From: an uncultured Armatimonadetes bacterium
GTDB lineage: Bacteria > Armatimonadota > UBA5829 > DTJY01
DNA length: 64,000 nt
Assembly (NCBI GenBank): GCA_963717145.1
Contig: OY970325.1
Coordinates: 288,001-352,000 of the forward strand
Direction: 5' to 3'
Of the stretch, positions 31,123 through 41,718 are shown piece after piece (position 1 is the stretch's first letter; every line of letters starts with the position of its first letter). A model generated the notes under the pieces. It ran no database searches, was not told the DNA's origin, and saw only the letters and a list, made by a program, of their open reading frames with translations. The position numbers and the translations under genes were made by a program.

Positions 31123-33837
31123 TTACTGCAATATCAGCGACAGATCGCCCACATAGGTCTGCACCCAGTAGCCGTGCCACGGCTGAATGATCTCGCTCGA
31201 GGCGAAGTCTTCCGGTATACCGAAGTCACACAGGCTCTGAGTGACAGCATCCCACCAATAACCGCTGGAATTTAGCCACTCGTTCGTCTTGGCGGCCGCG
31301 AGAATGGGTACCGTCTCAGTTCCATGCTTGACGAGGGTGTCTCCCCATTGTCTCTCAGTCTCGAACGGGCAGCCGATGATCGCCCATCCCATCGTCGGAA
31401 GCGATATCGTCCGCTGAGCGGACGTTCCGCCGTATGCCTGGTAGCTGATATTCGCAACCGATTCGGACTGCAGCCAGTAGCCGCTTCTCGATGCTCACAG
31501 TCCCGAACTGCTCGGGCTCCATGAATCGTAGAGCAGGAGACTCTGCGTCGGATTGTCCCACCTGTACAATCTGCCATCGATGTTGATGCCGCTGAATACC
31601 GACGCGGGATCGGGATTCGCAGGCATACAGGGAATGCTCAGCAGACTCCAGCCGTTCACGACGACTCCCTCAGGCGATGTCACAGTCACGAAGCCGAGAT
31701 CGAAGTCCTCCCGGAGCGCCTGACCGGCTGCAAGGACCTGCGCAGTGTAACTCCTGGTCGGGAATCCGCTCTTGGATGTGGTGACCGTGTAAGTCCCGGG
31801 AGGCAGATCGAGGAATCCATATGTCCCGGTGGCGTCGGTGCTCGTGCTGCGGGTGACGGGTCCGGTGAGGTTCACCGTCGCCTTGTAGATCCAATTCTTG
31901 TAGATCGAGTCGTTCGGCTTGGCGGCGTTCGTCACGGTCCCGAAGATCGTGCCCGTGGTCGGTGCGGTCTTCCACGGCATGTCCGGGATCGCGGCGGGCG
32001 ATGCGAATATGGTAGAGCTGACTGCGTCGTAGAAATCCGAGTTCGGTCTGGACTCATCATTTGTGGAGCGGTAGCTGTACGTCACCATTCCTTCCGCTCC
32101 CGCATCCCGCGCATACTGCATCTGGATGATGTTGTTCCCGATCGAGTTCATGTATGCGCCCTGGCCTTTGGCCAGGTGTCTGCCGTGGCGATTGTCCACG
32201 AAGAAATCCGTCCAGTCGCGATAGTCACGTGCCGATGTGGCAATATCCTCGTCCTTGTAGCCCATGGGTGTCAGGAGGTCCAGGATTCCCTCTTCGGCCC
32301 AGGCCGGCCAGTTCTGGAAGACGTCGTTGTATGTCGATGTGTTGGTGAAATCGTACGTCGGATACAGTCTGCCTCCGCCGGTGAGGCAGGTGGACATCTT
32401 GATGCCGGGCCTGATTGCCGTTGCTTCCAAATAGCACTTTCGGACCAGATCGGTCACCTGGGTGCGCCTGTAATCACACCAGTTGTCCCACTGAGCACCG
32501 TTGTCACTCGCCGGCGGGTAGTAGCCGTACTCGTTGTAGAAGCGCTGCTTAGCGATATCGTTGTAGCCCCACTCCGCGCCCATGTAGCGGATGTAGTCGA
32601 AGTTGAAGCCGTCGATCTCATACTTGCCGACGATGTCCTTGACGACTTCGCACACGTAGTCCTGGACTTTGGGCAGCCCGGGATCGAGGAAGTAGCTGGA
32701 TCCATCATTGTTAGCGCCGGTCGTGCTCAACATCGCCCATTCAGGGTGCTGCGCCCAGATGTGAGACGGAGGTGCTGCTCCCCATGCCGGTCGCCAGATC
32801 CGATATGTCACTATCCAGGCGTGGACCTCGATCCCCTCGGCGTGCGCCTTGGTGATGAGATCCGCCAGCGGATCCCACGGTGCGGGCTGTGAGATGTTCG
32901 AGGCCCTCGGCTCGTACTCCGAGTCATAGTAGGCGTCGCCGGCTTTTCTGACCTCGGGTATGATGACGTTGTAGTGACTATTCTTGGCCGTGTTGACGAG
33001 TGTGGTGACCTGACTGGGGCTGAGGAACCCTTCGCCCCAGGCATCGACCCACATGGCGCGGTATTCGGGGAGAGGCGCGCTCGCCGTCGCGAACGTCAAA
33101 TCGCCGGATGCCCCGAGGTTTCCCGCGCTGTCTTCGGACTTGGCACGGTAATGATAGAGCGTGCCGGGCAACAGGTTGGTCAGATAAACTATGTGCTGAG
33201 TCACCACATCGGTGTCCTTGGTCGTCTGGCTGCCATACCCGGTCGTCAGTCCGTACTGAACCTGAGATGTCGCGGCCTCGTTCGTTGCCCATCGGATCGT
33301 GGCGGACATGTAGTCAGGTTCGGCTTGAACGCCCGAGATCACCGGTGGAGTGGTGTCAACGCCGCCCGACGCCGAGTAGAACCTGAAGGCATCGGCCATC
33401 ACGTTCTTGCCCTCTGACCCCAAGTTTGTGATCCGCGCGTATCCGCCTGTTCCGGCGAGGAATGAGTAAGTACCGACCAACAGCCACTGTCCTCCGTTGA
33501 TCTGCTGGTTGATGTAGACGTAGTTGTCGCCGCCCGCTGAGTGGATCAGGTACTCGGCCTGCGTGGGACGGTTCGTACCTGCGGGATACCACGTGTAGAC
33601 CGCCCAATCGCTCGACGTGACCGGGATGCTCGGCGTGTAAGTCGCCGTCTTGCCTCCCGAGACATTCTGGGCGCACCAGTAGTAGTCGCTGCCGTATCTT
33701 CCGGCCGCAGTCGTGCCGGTAGCCCACGTGCCGACCAACTCGGCACTTGCGTTGTCCATGATGACCTCGTTCGACGCTCCGATCGTCGGGGCCGTCAGAA
33801 TCAGGATCGCGACTATCGCAGACAGTATTCTCAGCAT
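31123..33837 (-). CDS. GHL10 paralogue 3 (golvesin-like, one FN3, GHL10, shared CTD), two close frameshifts at ~31515 and ~31487
   Basis: ORF 31495..33837 continues via EQFGTVSIE into the frame of 31123..31392, matching the paralogue C-termini. Confidence 0.85.
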
Positions 33838-33841
33838 AAGC

Positions 33842-33895
33842 CTATTGCAGTATCAGCGTCACATCGTTCACATGAGTCTGCACCCAGTTGGGGTG
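33842..33895 (-). pseudogene. Relic 3' end of another gene bearing the shared C-terminal domain
   Basis: Translates as HPNWVQTHVNDVTLILQ*, against HGYWVQTYVNDITLTLQ* (paralogue 2) and HGYWVQTYVGDLSLILQ* (paralogue 3). Blocked upstream by an in-frame stop at 33911-33913. Confidence 0.8.
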
Positions 33896-34011
33896 CGAGC
33901 ATGACAAGTGCTATGAGAGTTATCACAACTGGTAACGTTTTTCTCATCTGCTCTTCTCCTGCAGGTGAGCGGAAGCGGCGGGCACGGAGGCGCGGCCACC
34001 ATACGACGGGT

Positions 34012-36656
34012 TCAGCGGAATATCAGAGACAGGTTGTCCACATTGGTCTGTATCCAGTAGCTGTGCCACGGGAGCAGGGTGTTCGCACTGACGAAATCCT
34101 CAGGGAGTCCCATGTCGCACAGGGACTGGGTTTCGCTGTCCCACCAGAAGCCCACGGAGTTCAACCAGTTGTTCGATCTTGACGCAGCCAGCATAGGATG
34201 AACTTCCACGCCGTTGGTGACGAGAGTGTCAGCCCACAACTTCTCCGTGGTAAACGGATTGCCGACGATGGTCCATCCGGCTGTCGGCAATCCCACGAGG
34301 AAGTCGGCCTCGGAAGCGCCGTGGATCATCACATCCAGTTGCGGATATGCTGCATCCTCCTGAAGCCAGTATCCGTCCCCTCGCAAGATGCCGCCGAACC
34401 TCTCCGGCGACCAGGAATCGTAGATTAGCAATCCTTGTGTGCGGGCATCCCACAGGTATAGTCGCCCGTCGATCGGAACCGACCCGAACGTGCTCGACGG
34501 CGAGGCCTCGAGGGGGGAACCTGGAATCGTCAGCAGACCCCACCCGGCCGGCATGGTGTTCGCCGGTGCATGGATCATCACGCCCGGGTCTGGGAGGATG
34601 TCGCTCTGGTTCCGCGGCAGCAGAACGCTGTGATGACCGCCGGAAATGCTCTCAATACTGCTTATGCCTCGGATGCGCACGTATGAGTTGAATGGTGGTG
34701 GAGCCAGCGAGTTACCATCCGCAAGATCCGAATACCGTACCCGCAGTCCCGCAGTGACGGTTCCATCCCTGACGCAGCCGCCATCGTCCACATAGAAGAA
34801 CTTGGCCAGTTCATCTACGGCGGTGACCTTGCCCACAGTTTCGATCAGGAGGCTCGTCTTGCTGATGTCCGCACCGGAAAGCGGCAGGTTCGGTGATGCA
34901 GCCGCCAGGTCGCGCCCCCTCATCTCGATCGGTTCCACGACGCCGACATCGGTCTCAACGGTGTAGACCAGAGGATTTACGATTCGTCGCTCGCCGCCCG
35001 ACGTGGTTCCAAGCGCGCCGTAGACTCTCACGATATCTCCCGGTTGCACCAGCACGTCGGAATCAATCGGCAGTTCGACCATGATTCCGGCGGCACGGTC
35101 CGGATCCTCGATGTAGAACTTGTCCAGGAGCTGGTTGTTTCCCGCAGTCACCGTCATCTGCGGCAGGGCGACTCCGACGCCATCTGCCAACTGCTTCGCT
35201 GCCGAGATGCTCGCCGCATCGACTCCGGATGCCAGGAAGTCCAAGGTCTGGATAGCCCCGCCTACGATCGTCACGGGCTTGGTCTGGGTGTATGAGCCCT
35301 TGGTGGCCGTGATGTTGTAGTCCCCCGGTGCGAGATTCATGTAGGCATAGAATCCCGTGCTGTCACCATAGGTCCCATATCCGCTGCCTCCGCCTGCCGG
35401 GATCACGGATATCCATGTGGTATCGACTCCGGCGCCCTGGAGGGTATCGATTATCCGTCCCTTGATATGGCCCACAGCCGTCGAAGTCTTCCAGGGCATG
35501 TCGGGCAGTCCTACCGGCTGTGTGAATACCTGCGAGGTCAGCGAGGAATAGAAACTCGGCTCGTCATCGAGCGAGGTGTTCGGGTCGCCGGCGTACGTGA
35601 AGCCATACCTGTAGACCCCGATCCCCTTGGCGCCATTTGTGCGCGCCAGGCCCATCTGAGTCATACTATTGGTGACAGTATTTAGATACGACCCTTGCAG
35701 AACATAGGTGTGTCTCGATCCGCCGTTCGCCACACAGTCGCCGACGCGAGTGATGAAAGTCGTGTTGCTTGTCGTGTAGATCATCGGATGGTTGCAGTCG
35801 AGGATCCCGCCGATCATCCATGAGCGCCAGTCCTGGAATGCGGCGTTGTAGGCGTCTGGTCTGTTTCCGATCGTTGCCGCACCGATCACGAGTTGAGGCT
35901 TGACTGCCATGGCATTAGCGTATACCTTGCGCACGAAATGAGTTATCTGCTCTCGGCGCCAAGCCGACCACAGGCCATCGGTATTGCTGGGGACGTAGGT
36001 TCCCGCGTAGCCGTACCTCTCTCGGAATCTCTGCAGAGCGGTGTCATTGTAGCCTGCGTTCGACGAAGGATAGCGAATGTAGTCGAAGACCAGGCCGTCG
36101 ATAGGATAGTGGAGTACCAGGTCCATAGCCGTATTGTAGTTCCACTCAGCCGCCCGCGGATGGCCGGGATCCGTGTAGTATCCTTCGCCTGAGTACAGTG
36201 TGCCTCCCGAGATGGTCTCGGTCAGCCAGTCCGGATGGCGATTCATGAGGTGGTCGGATTCGGGATCCGGGATGCTGCTCGCGATCCGCTCTGCCACGAC
36301 CCATGCGTGGACCTGGATGCCCTCCGCGTGGGCCTGTGTGCACAGATCGAGAAGGGGATCGTAATCGAGGGCAACTTCTGCCTCCGGTGGTCGGATATCA
36401 CGATTGGGGCGGGTGGGGAAGTAGTAAGCATCGCCGGTCTTGCGTATCTGTGCGGCGATGACATTGCAGTTGGAGAGCTTGGCCCGGTCTACCAACTCAC
36501 TGACCTCGTTGGCGTTCTTGAAGCCGGGACCCAGGCGAACGCCCACAGCGCACGGTGCTCGGGGGCCTGCTGTGCGCTCGCCGGCACGGACACCGCCAGT
36601 GCGGTGGCAATGACAAGCACTATCAGCGCGGCTCTGATTGTTGCTCCCATTCCCAT
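34012..36656 (-). CDS. GHL10 paralogue 4 (GHL10, carboxypeptidase-regulatory-like, tandem OB-fold-like domains, shared CTD), frameshift in a G run at ~36530
   Basis: Signal peptide MGMGATIRAALIVLVIATALAVSVPASA...EHRALW in ORF 36489..36797 joins ORF 34012..36771 on adding one G. DGLVFDYIRY motif. Confidence 0.83.
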
Positions 36657-36888
36657 AGTTTGACCCAGGTGTGAAGGCACGTGCTGCCTGATCGAACGCA
36701 AAAAGACCAATGCCGGGCAACTTCTCATGGGCCGTCCAGGGGGGCTGAACCGGGGTGCGCTTACTGCCCAAACAGCTCGGAGAACGGCGAATGTCAAAGG
36801 CCCACTACTTCCACCACCCGGAGACGGGTCTCAGAATTGACATAATGTAGCCGGACAGCGACCAACGTCCGACTAACCGCGCACTTCA

Positions 36889-36917
36889 AGTATACCCCCA
36901 AAACGTCGGATTGTCAA
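36889..36917 (-). promoter_or_regulatory. Sigma-70 promoter at the head of the GHL10 array
   Basis: Minus strand TTGACA-17 bp-TATACT. Confidence 0.75.
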
Positions 36918-37246
36918 GAAAACGTCACAAAACAGGTAATTGTGCCTATTCCCGTCGTTGCGCATGTCGGTTATCATCGAACAAGGATTCTCTGACCCAT
37001 GGGGTCCGGGCCGGCGCAGACGAACGATAGGTCACCTGCTTCCCGGTATAATTACCAGTTTTTTGACAATGTGTCGCCAGAATCATGCAGATGTAGTATA
37101 ATGGGCGTGTACGCCGTGCGAACCCCAGAAAGACAAGCGTCTGTCGGAGTAACCTGCCGATCGTCCCTGTCGCGCGGAGGCCTATCTTGCAGCAGGTTCA
37201 AGAACGATAACCATCGAAGAATGGGATGAATGAGGAGGGGGATGGG

Positions 37247-40200
37247 ATGAAGGTCATACGGGTCTGCGTCCTGGTAGCCCTACTGCTGGGTCTAGTTGCT
37301 TCCGCCAACGCCAAGATTGTTGTGTATGAGCCCGTCGGCTGGGCTCAAAGCAGCCTTGCAAAGGTATCCTATCGCCTCAACTCCGGCGCAGCGCTTGTAA
37401 CCGTTACCATTCGTGCGGCTGATGAGAACGGCAACCCTGTCGGTCCGCCCGTGCAATCCGAAACGTACTACGAGGAGGCCAGGGGTTACCACGAGCGGTT
37501 TTACTACGGTCTTGCCCCGAACACGTATGTTGCCACGATTGTCGCGAGCGGCAATACCGAGAGCCAGTGGCATCCGATCGAAGGCATCTACAAGTTCGAT
37601 GAGCCCACGATCGAGTACCCACCGCCCAATCCCACCGCCCCCGACATCGAAGGCTGGTATGGTATAGCAATCAACACGAGATCAGCCAGCCCGTATTTCG
37701 GCTACACCTACGTGCCTCACAAGAGCTATCAGGACATCTACGTCTATCGCGGCGACGGCTCGTTTGTTCGCACCGCGAACGACGCCGGCATATACTGGGG
37801 TGCAAGTGCTCCGTGGGACGCATCCGTCGCCGGAGATGACTACGTCTATGTGAGCGATCGAAGCAACAAGTTTGTCTACTGCTTCAAACCGGACGGCAGC
37901 GGGTTCGAATCTGTCTCGCCCGGTGTCACCTATTCGAGAGGCATCTACGCGCGCACGGACGCCGGGGTAACCCACGTGTATGTGTCGGGCGGATTCGGCG
38001 ACGTCTACGAGATCACACTGCAGTCGGATCACACCACATGGGGGACGCCGGCCGTAATCGCTACTCTCGGTACCGGTCTTAGTGACGACAACTTCAAGAT
38101 CGGTGGACTGTGGGTGAACTCATCCGGTGACATCATGTACGTCTGCTACGACGGCAAGGTGCACAAACTCGTCAAATCCGCAGGAGTCTGGACTCAGGCG
38201 GCTTCTCCATGGCCAGTAGCCATTACCGCGTGCTGGGATATCGACATGTCGCCCGACGGAACCAAGCTGTGGGTATCCGCCAACACCGAGTACAATCCAC
38301 CTGCGAGCTACGTCGTGTACCAGATCAACCCGTCGACCGGCGCCGTCACTCCGATGGCCTATGATACCGTCACCTGGGGGCACATGGTTAAGACTGACGC
38401 TGTGGGGAATGTGGCCTTCACATACGGGAAATCCACTCCCACGTGGGCGCAATACTACTGGGCGACTTTCACGGAATCTGGCGGATCGAGTTACGAGACG
38501 AAGACCAATGTTTTCTCCACGACCGGTGATCATCTCCCCGTGATGACATACTATGCAATGCAGCCGACGAGTGTGCCCGGAGACAACGCTACCACCTCCA
38601 CTCTGACAGCCTGGGTCTATGACGGGGCCGGCTGGGACGATCTGCAGCAGATCACGGTAGATCTGGATGCTGTTGGGATCTCTGAGGACATCACCAGCAC
38701 GGATAGAGAAAGAGGCATGAGCGATCCTTCCGGCAAGACCGCCATATTCACGGTCACGGGTCTGAAGGCCGCGGTTGGGGCCAGGGTTGCCACACACGAG
38801 CTTCCCATCACGATCTCGGACACCGTCGGTTCGGTCAACGACTCCGTCATGCTGGGTGTTACAGGAACCACGCTGACCTTCACTGTCAGGCACAACGAAA
38901 CAAACAGACCGATTCCTAACGCCTTTGTGCGGGCGGTGGGAGGCATGTCGGGCCTGCCCGGGTACCCCTATGAGTATGTATCGCCGCTGACAGGCTCGAA
39001 CGGTGTCACCACCCTTCCGCTCAGCCAGGGAACATATGACGTTCAGGCCATCAAGTCAGGATACGGCAGCCTATCCGCTGTTCAGGTCGTTGTGGGATCG
39101 AATCCCACGTCTGTCGATCTCTATGTTCGAGCCTGCACGGTTGCAGAGGCGAGGGCGCTCCCGGATTCGACCCAATGCAACGTCAAGGGAGTTGTCTATG
39201 CTGCGACCAGCGGGCCGTATACTCCTCCCGCTCCGCCGGCAGTTCTGGGCCTGGCTGAACGTAAGGATCTGACGAGTTACTGCTATCAATGGTATGTCTG
39301 CGATCCTAACGATCCGAGCAAGGGAATCCTGATGGTATTTCCCGTGCCTACTCTGTTCGCCTACCAGATGGACAACCCGCTGGCAATCAAATACGTCGGA
39401 CCGAGACCGCGAGTGGGGGATACGGTCAGAGTTACAGGCATGCTCGCCACGCCGGGAGGACACGAGCGGCGAGTTCGAGTTGACACGACCCTTGCGAACG
39501 CGAGCGATGTGTACTCCAACTCTGGCAACATTGGCGGGCTTCCCGTGTCACCCATGGGCATCACGATCCCTGAGTTCATGCACGGCAACATCTCTTCCCA
39601 CCCGTCGTGGGGCAGGTATTCCATGGTCATGGGTGTGCAGGTCCTGAAGAACTTCCCAGGCGGTGAGCCCTCCGGCACGGGTCTCGGCGACCCGGTTCCC
39701 TATGCGGTGATCGCCGACATGTCCGGCAATATGGCTGAGTTGGCCATAGAGACCCCTCTCACGACCGGCGCGAGCGTTTGGCCGGAACCAGGCGCCACCT
39801 ACACTTTCCAGGGACCGATAGGTCGGAGAGCCCGGTACGGAAATGGGTGCATCAGGATCCGTGGCGCTTCCGACATGATGATGGTCGATCCCGCTGGTGG
39901 AAGGGGCGACTCCGTGGCCTCGGTACGCGATCTACCCGATGGCAGCTATGTGAACGTCGAGGGAATCGTCACCGGTATTTGGGCCACATGCTTCTTCATC
40001 GAATCGGCCGACAGAAGCAGTGGCATTCGAGTGAACTCCGACGTGCAGTACTACGTGAAACGAGGGGATATTGCCCAGGTGCAGGGCATCCTGGGCATCA
40101 CCGATGGTGAACGCGCCATCAACCCGGCCGCGCCGGTCGTCGTGCATGGGAACACGACCGTGCCCGGCGCCATAGGACTCCGAAACCGGGACCTCGGCGG

Positions 40201-41095
40201 AGCAGATGCCAGTCCGGACAACCCCGGCGTGACCGACGGACGTGGCGCTCTCAACGTGGGCCTGCTGGTCAAGACGACCGGCACTGTCACTCATTCCGGG
40301 ACGGGGTTCTTCTACCTATTCGACGGCTCAAACGATAGCGACGGGCCATACGATGACGGGTCCGGCTTCGGTGGCGTCCGAATCACAACGAATGTCATAG
40401 GGCCCTTCAACCAGCGCGTGGAGGTAACCGGAATCTCCAGTGCAGATACGTACAACGTTCCCGGCAAGACCATTCCGACGATCATGCCGAGGGATGTGCT
40501 CGACGTTGTGATCAACCCCGGGCTGACACAGGTCGCCAGTCCTCCCGGTACGATAGCGGCCGGTTGGAACCTCTTCACGGTTCCCGCGATACCTGGAAAT
40601 CCGGATCCCGCGAGCGTCCTGTCGGGCCTACCGATCGATGGAGCGCTGTACCGCTGGGAGGCGTCCACCGGCAGCCTGGTTCTCTACGATACCTGGAGTC
40701 CGGAGATGTATGGCGGCCTAACATTGGGTGATGGTCACTGGCTGCAAACCGCGGCAGCGGGCGCCATCTCATACCAGGGCCGATACCAGGCGGAGGACCA
40801 GTGGATCACATTGCCGACTGCGGGCTGGGCGCTGATTGGGCAGCCGTTCGACCACAGTATCGAGTGGGCCGACGTCATCGTCCACAACGGTAAGTCAGCA
40901 CTATCGATGTACGATGCCAGTCGTGTCGAGTTATGGTTGAACTCGATGGGGTACTGGTGGGACAGCTCGACTCAGAGCCTGTGCGATTTCGGCCTGCCTG
41001 AGGATTTCGTTACGAGTGAGACCCTCGAACCGTGGCATGGCTACTGGGTCGAGTACTATGCCGACAACCTCGCGTTGATCGTTCCGGCGAACTGA
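37247..41095 (+). CDS. Large secreted protein: NHL/beta-propeller, Ig-like and carboxypeptidase-regulatory-like domains, multiple OB-fold-like repeats and shared Trp-rich CTD
   Basis: ATG 37247 after GAGGAGG, signal peptide. TVAEARALPD and SVASVRDLPDG repeats. Ends GWNLFTVP...PWHGYWVEYYADNLALIV. Confidence 0.8.
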   Translation: MKVIRVCVLVALLLGLVASANAKIVVYEPVGWAQSSLAKVSYRLNSGAALVTVTIRAADENGNPVGPPVQSETYYEEARGYHERFYYGLAPNTYVATIVASGNTESQWHPIEGIYKFDEPTIEYPPPNPTAPDIEGWYGIAINTRSASPYFGYTYVPHKSYQDIYVYRGDGSFVRTANDAGIYWGASAPWDASVAGDDYVYVSDRSNKFVYCFKPDGSGFESVSPGVTYSRGIYARTDAGVTHVYVSGGFGDVYEITLQSDHTTWGTPAVIATLGTGLSDDNFKIGGLWVNSSGDIMYVCYDGKVHKLVKSAGVWTQAASPWPVAITACWDIDMSPDGTKLWVSANTEYNPPASYVVYQINPSTGAVTPMAYDTVTWGHMVKTDAVGNVAFTYGKSTPTWAQYYWATFTESGGSSYETKTNVFSTTGDHLPVMTYYAMQPTSVPGDNATTSTLTAWVYDGAGWDDLQQITVDLDAVGISEDITSTDRERGMSDPSGKTAIFTVTGLKAAVGARVATHELPITISDTVGSVNDSVMLGVTGTTLTFTVRHNETNRPIPNAFVRAVGGMSGLPGYPYEYVSPLTGSNGVTTLPLSQGTYDVQAIKSGYGSLSAVQVVVGSNPTSVDLYVRACTVAEARALPDSTQCNVKGVVYAATSGPYTPPAPPAVLGLAERKDLTSYCYQWYVCDPNDPSKGILMVFPVPTLFAYQMDNPLAIKYVGPRPRVGDTVRVTGMLATPGGHERRVRVDTTLANASDVYSNSGNIGGLPVSPMGITIPEFMHGNISSHPSWGRYSMVMGVQVLKNFPGGEPSGTGLGDPVPYAVIADMSGNMAELAIETPLTTGASVWPEPGATYTFQGPIGRRARYGNGCIRIRGASDMMMVDPAGGRGDSVASVRDLPDGSYVNVEGIVTGIWATCFFIESADRSSGIRVNSDVQYYVKRGDIAQVQGILGITDGERAINPAAPVVVHGNTTVPGAIGLRNRDLGGADASPDNPGVTDGRGALNVGLLVKTTGTVTHSGTGFFYLFDGSNDSDGPYDDGSGFGGVRITTNVIGPFNQRVEVTGISSADTYNVPGKTIPTIMPRDVLDVVINPGLTQVASPPGTIAAGWNLFTVPAIPGNPDPASVLSGLPIDGALYRWEASTGSLVLYDTWSPEMYGGLTLGDGHWLQTAAAGAISYQGRYQAEDQWITLPTAGWALIGQPFDHSIEWADVIVHNGKSALSMYDASRVELWLNSMGYWWDSSTQSLCDFGLPEDFVTSETLEPWHGYWVEYYADNLALIVPAN

Positions 41096-41106
41096 CGGAG
41101 AGCCGC

Positions 41107-41595
41107 TCACAGGGTTTCCCCACCAATCGGCAGTCCGGACATGCCGACGACCTTCCACGATTTCGCGGGGAAGACGAGATACCGCCTTGCGGATTCGCTC
41201 TTCAGCCTGATGGTGACCGGCCCGTCGAATACCTCACGCCTCTCGCCCCTTTGCAGAGAGGCAATCGTTACGACGCTCCGTACGTCCGCAGTATCTCCTG
41301 CTATGCTGATCCCCTCAGTCCGCAGGGATACGTCGTAGCCGTCGGACGCCCGGAACGCCTCGATCACCTGGAGACGCAATCCGTCCCGGTTGAACCCGGC
41401 GGGATCGGTGTACTCACTGGAGACGCAGGCAAGGGCATCTCTGATGCTCCTGCGCTCGATCGCTCTCTCGCCGTCCGCCAGGAGAGCGGCGATCTGCGCC
41501 TCGTCCGATGGTAGTGGCGATGAGAGCCTCTGATAGGTGAGCACGGCTCCCAGGCCAAGAACGATTGCGAGCACTATCCAGGACGACTTCCGCAT
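41107..41595 (-). CDS. Small exported protein, NTF2-like fold probable
   Basis: N-terminal hydrophobic segment, then SDEAQIAALL...AIERRSI...VSSEYTD...WKVV pattern. GGAGGG RBS. Confidence 0.65.
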   Translation of the reverse strand: MRKSSWIVLAIVLGLGAVLTYQRLSSPLPSDEAQIAALLADGERAIERRSIRDALACVSSEYTDPAGFNRDGLRLQVIEAFRASDGYDVSLRTEGISIAGDTADVRSVVTIASLQRGERREVFDGPVTIRLKSESARRYLVFPAKSWKVVGMSGLPIGGETL

Positions 41596-41718
41596 TTGAG
41601 TCCCTCCGTTCCATCAGAGATCGGTTCACCTGTTTAGACGCCCTCAACCGCCCGCAAGTTCGGCATCCGCAGGAATAGCCTTGCGCACTGGGTAAAGACA
41701 CAGACAGAGGGAACTCCG

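Noticed and set aside
33930-33944. cre/LacI-type operator TGGTAACGTTTTTC
   Set aside because: Several mismatches to consensus, a single instance, and no regulator nearby.
16720-36540. Programmed ribosomal frameshifting in the S55 and GHL10 genes
   Set aside because: No slippery heptamers with downstream structure. The shifts are of mixed sign and sit in short homopolymers, typical of sequencing error.
36657-37246. c-di-AMP (ydaO) riboswitch ahead of the cell-wall hydrolase-like genes
   Set aside because: The characteristic conserved segments could not be found on either strand. Kept only as an unassigned structured leader.
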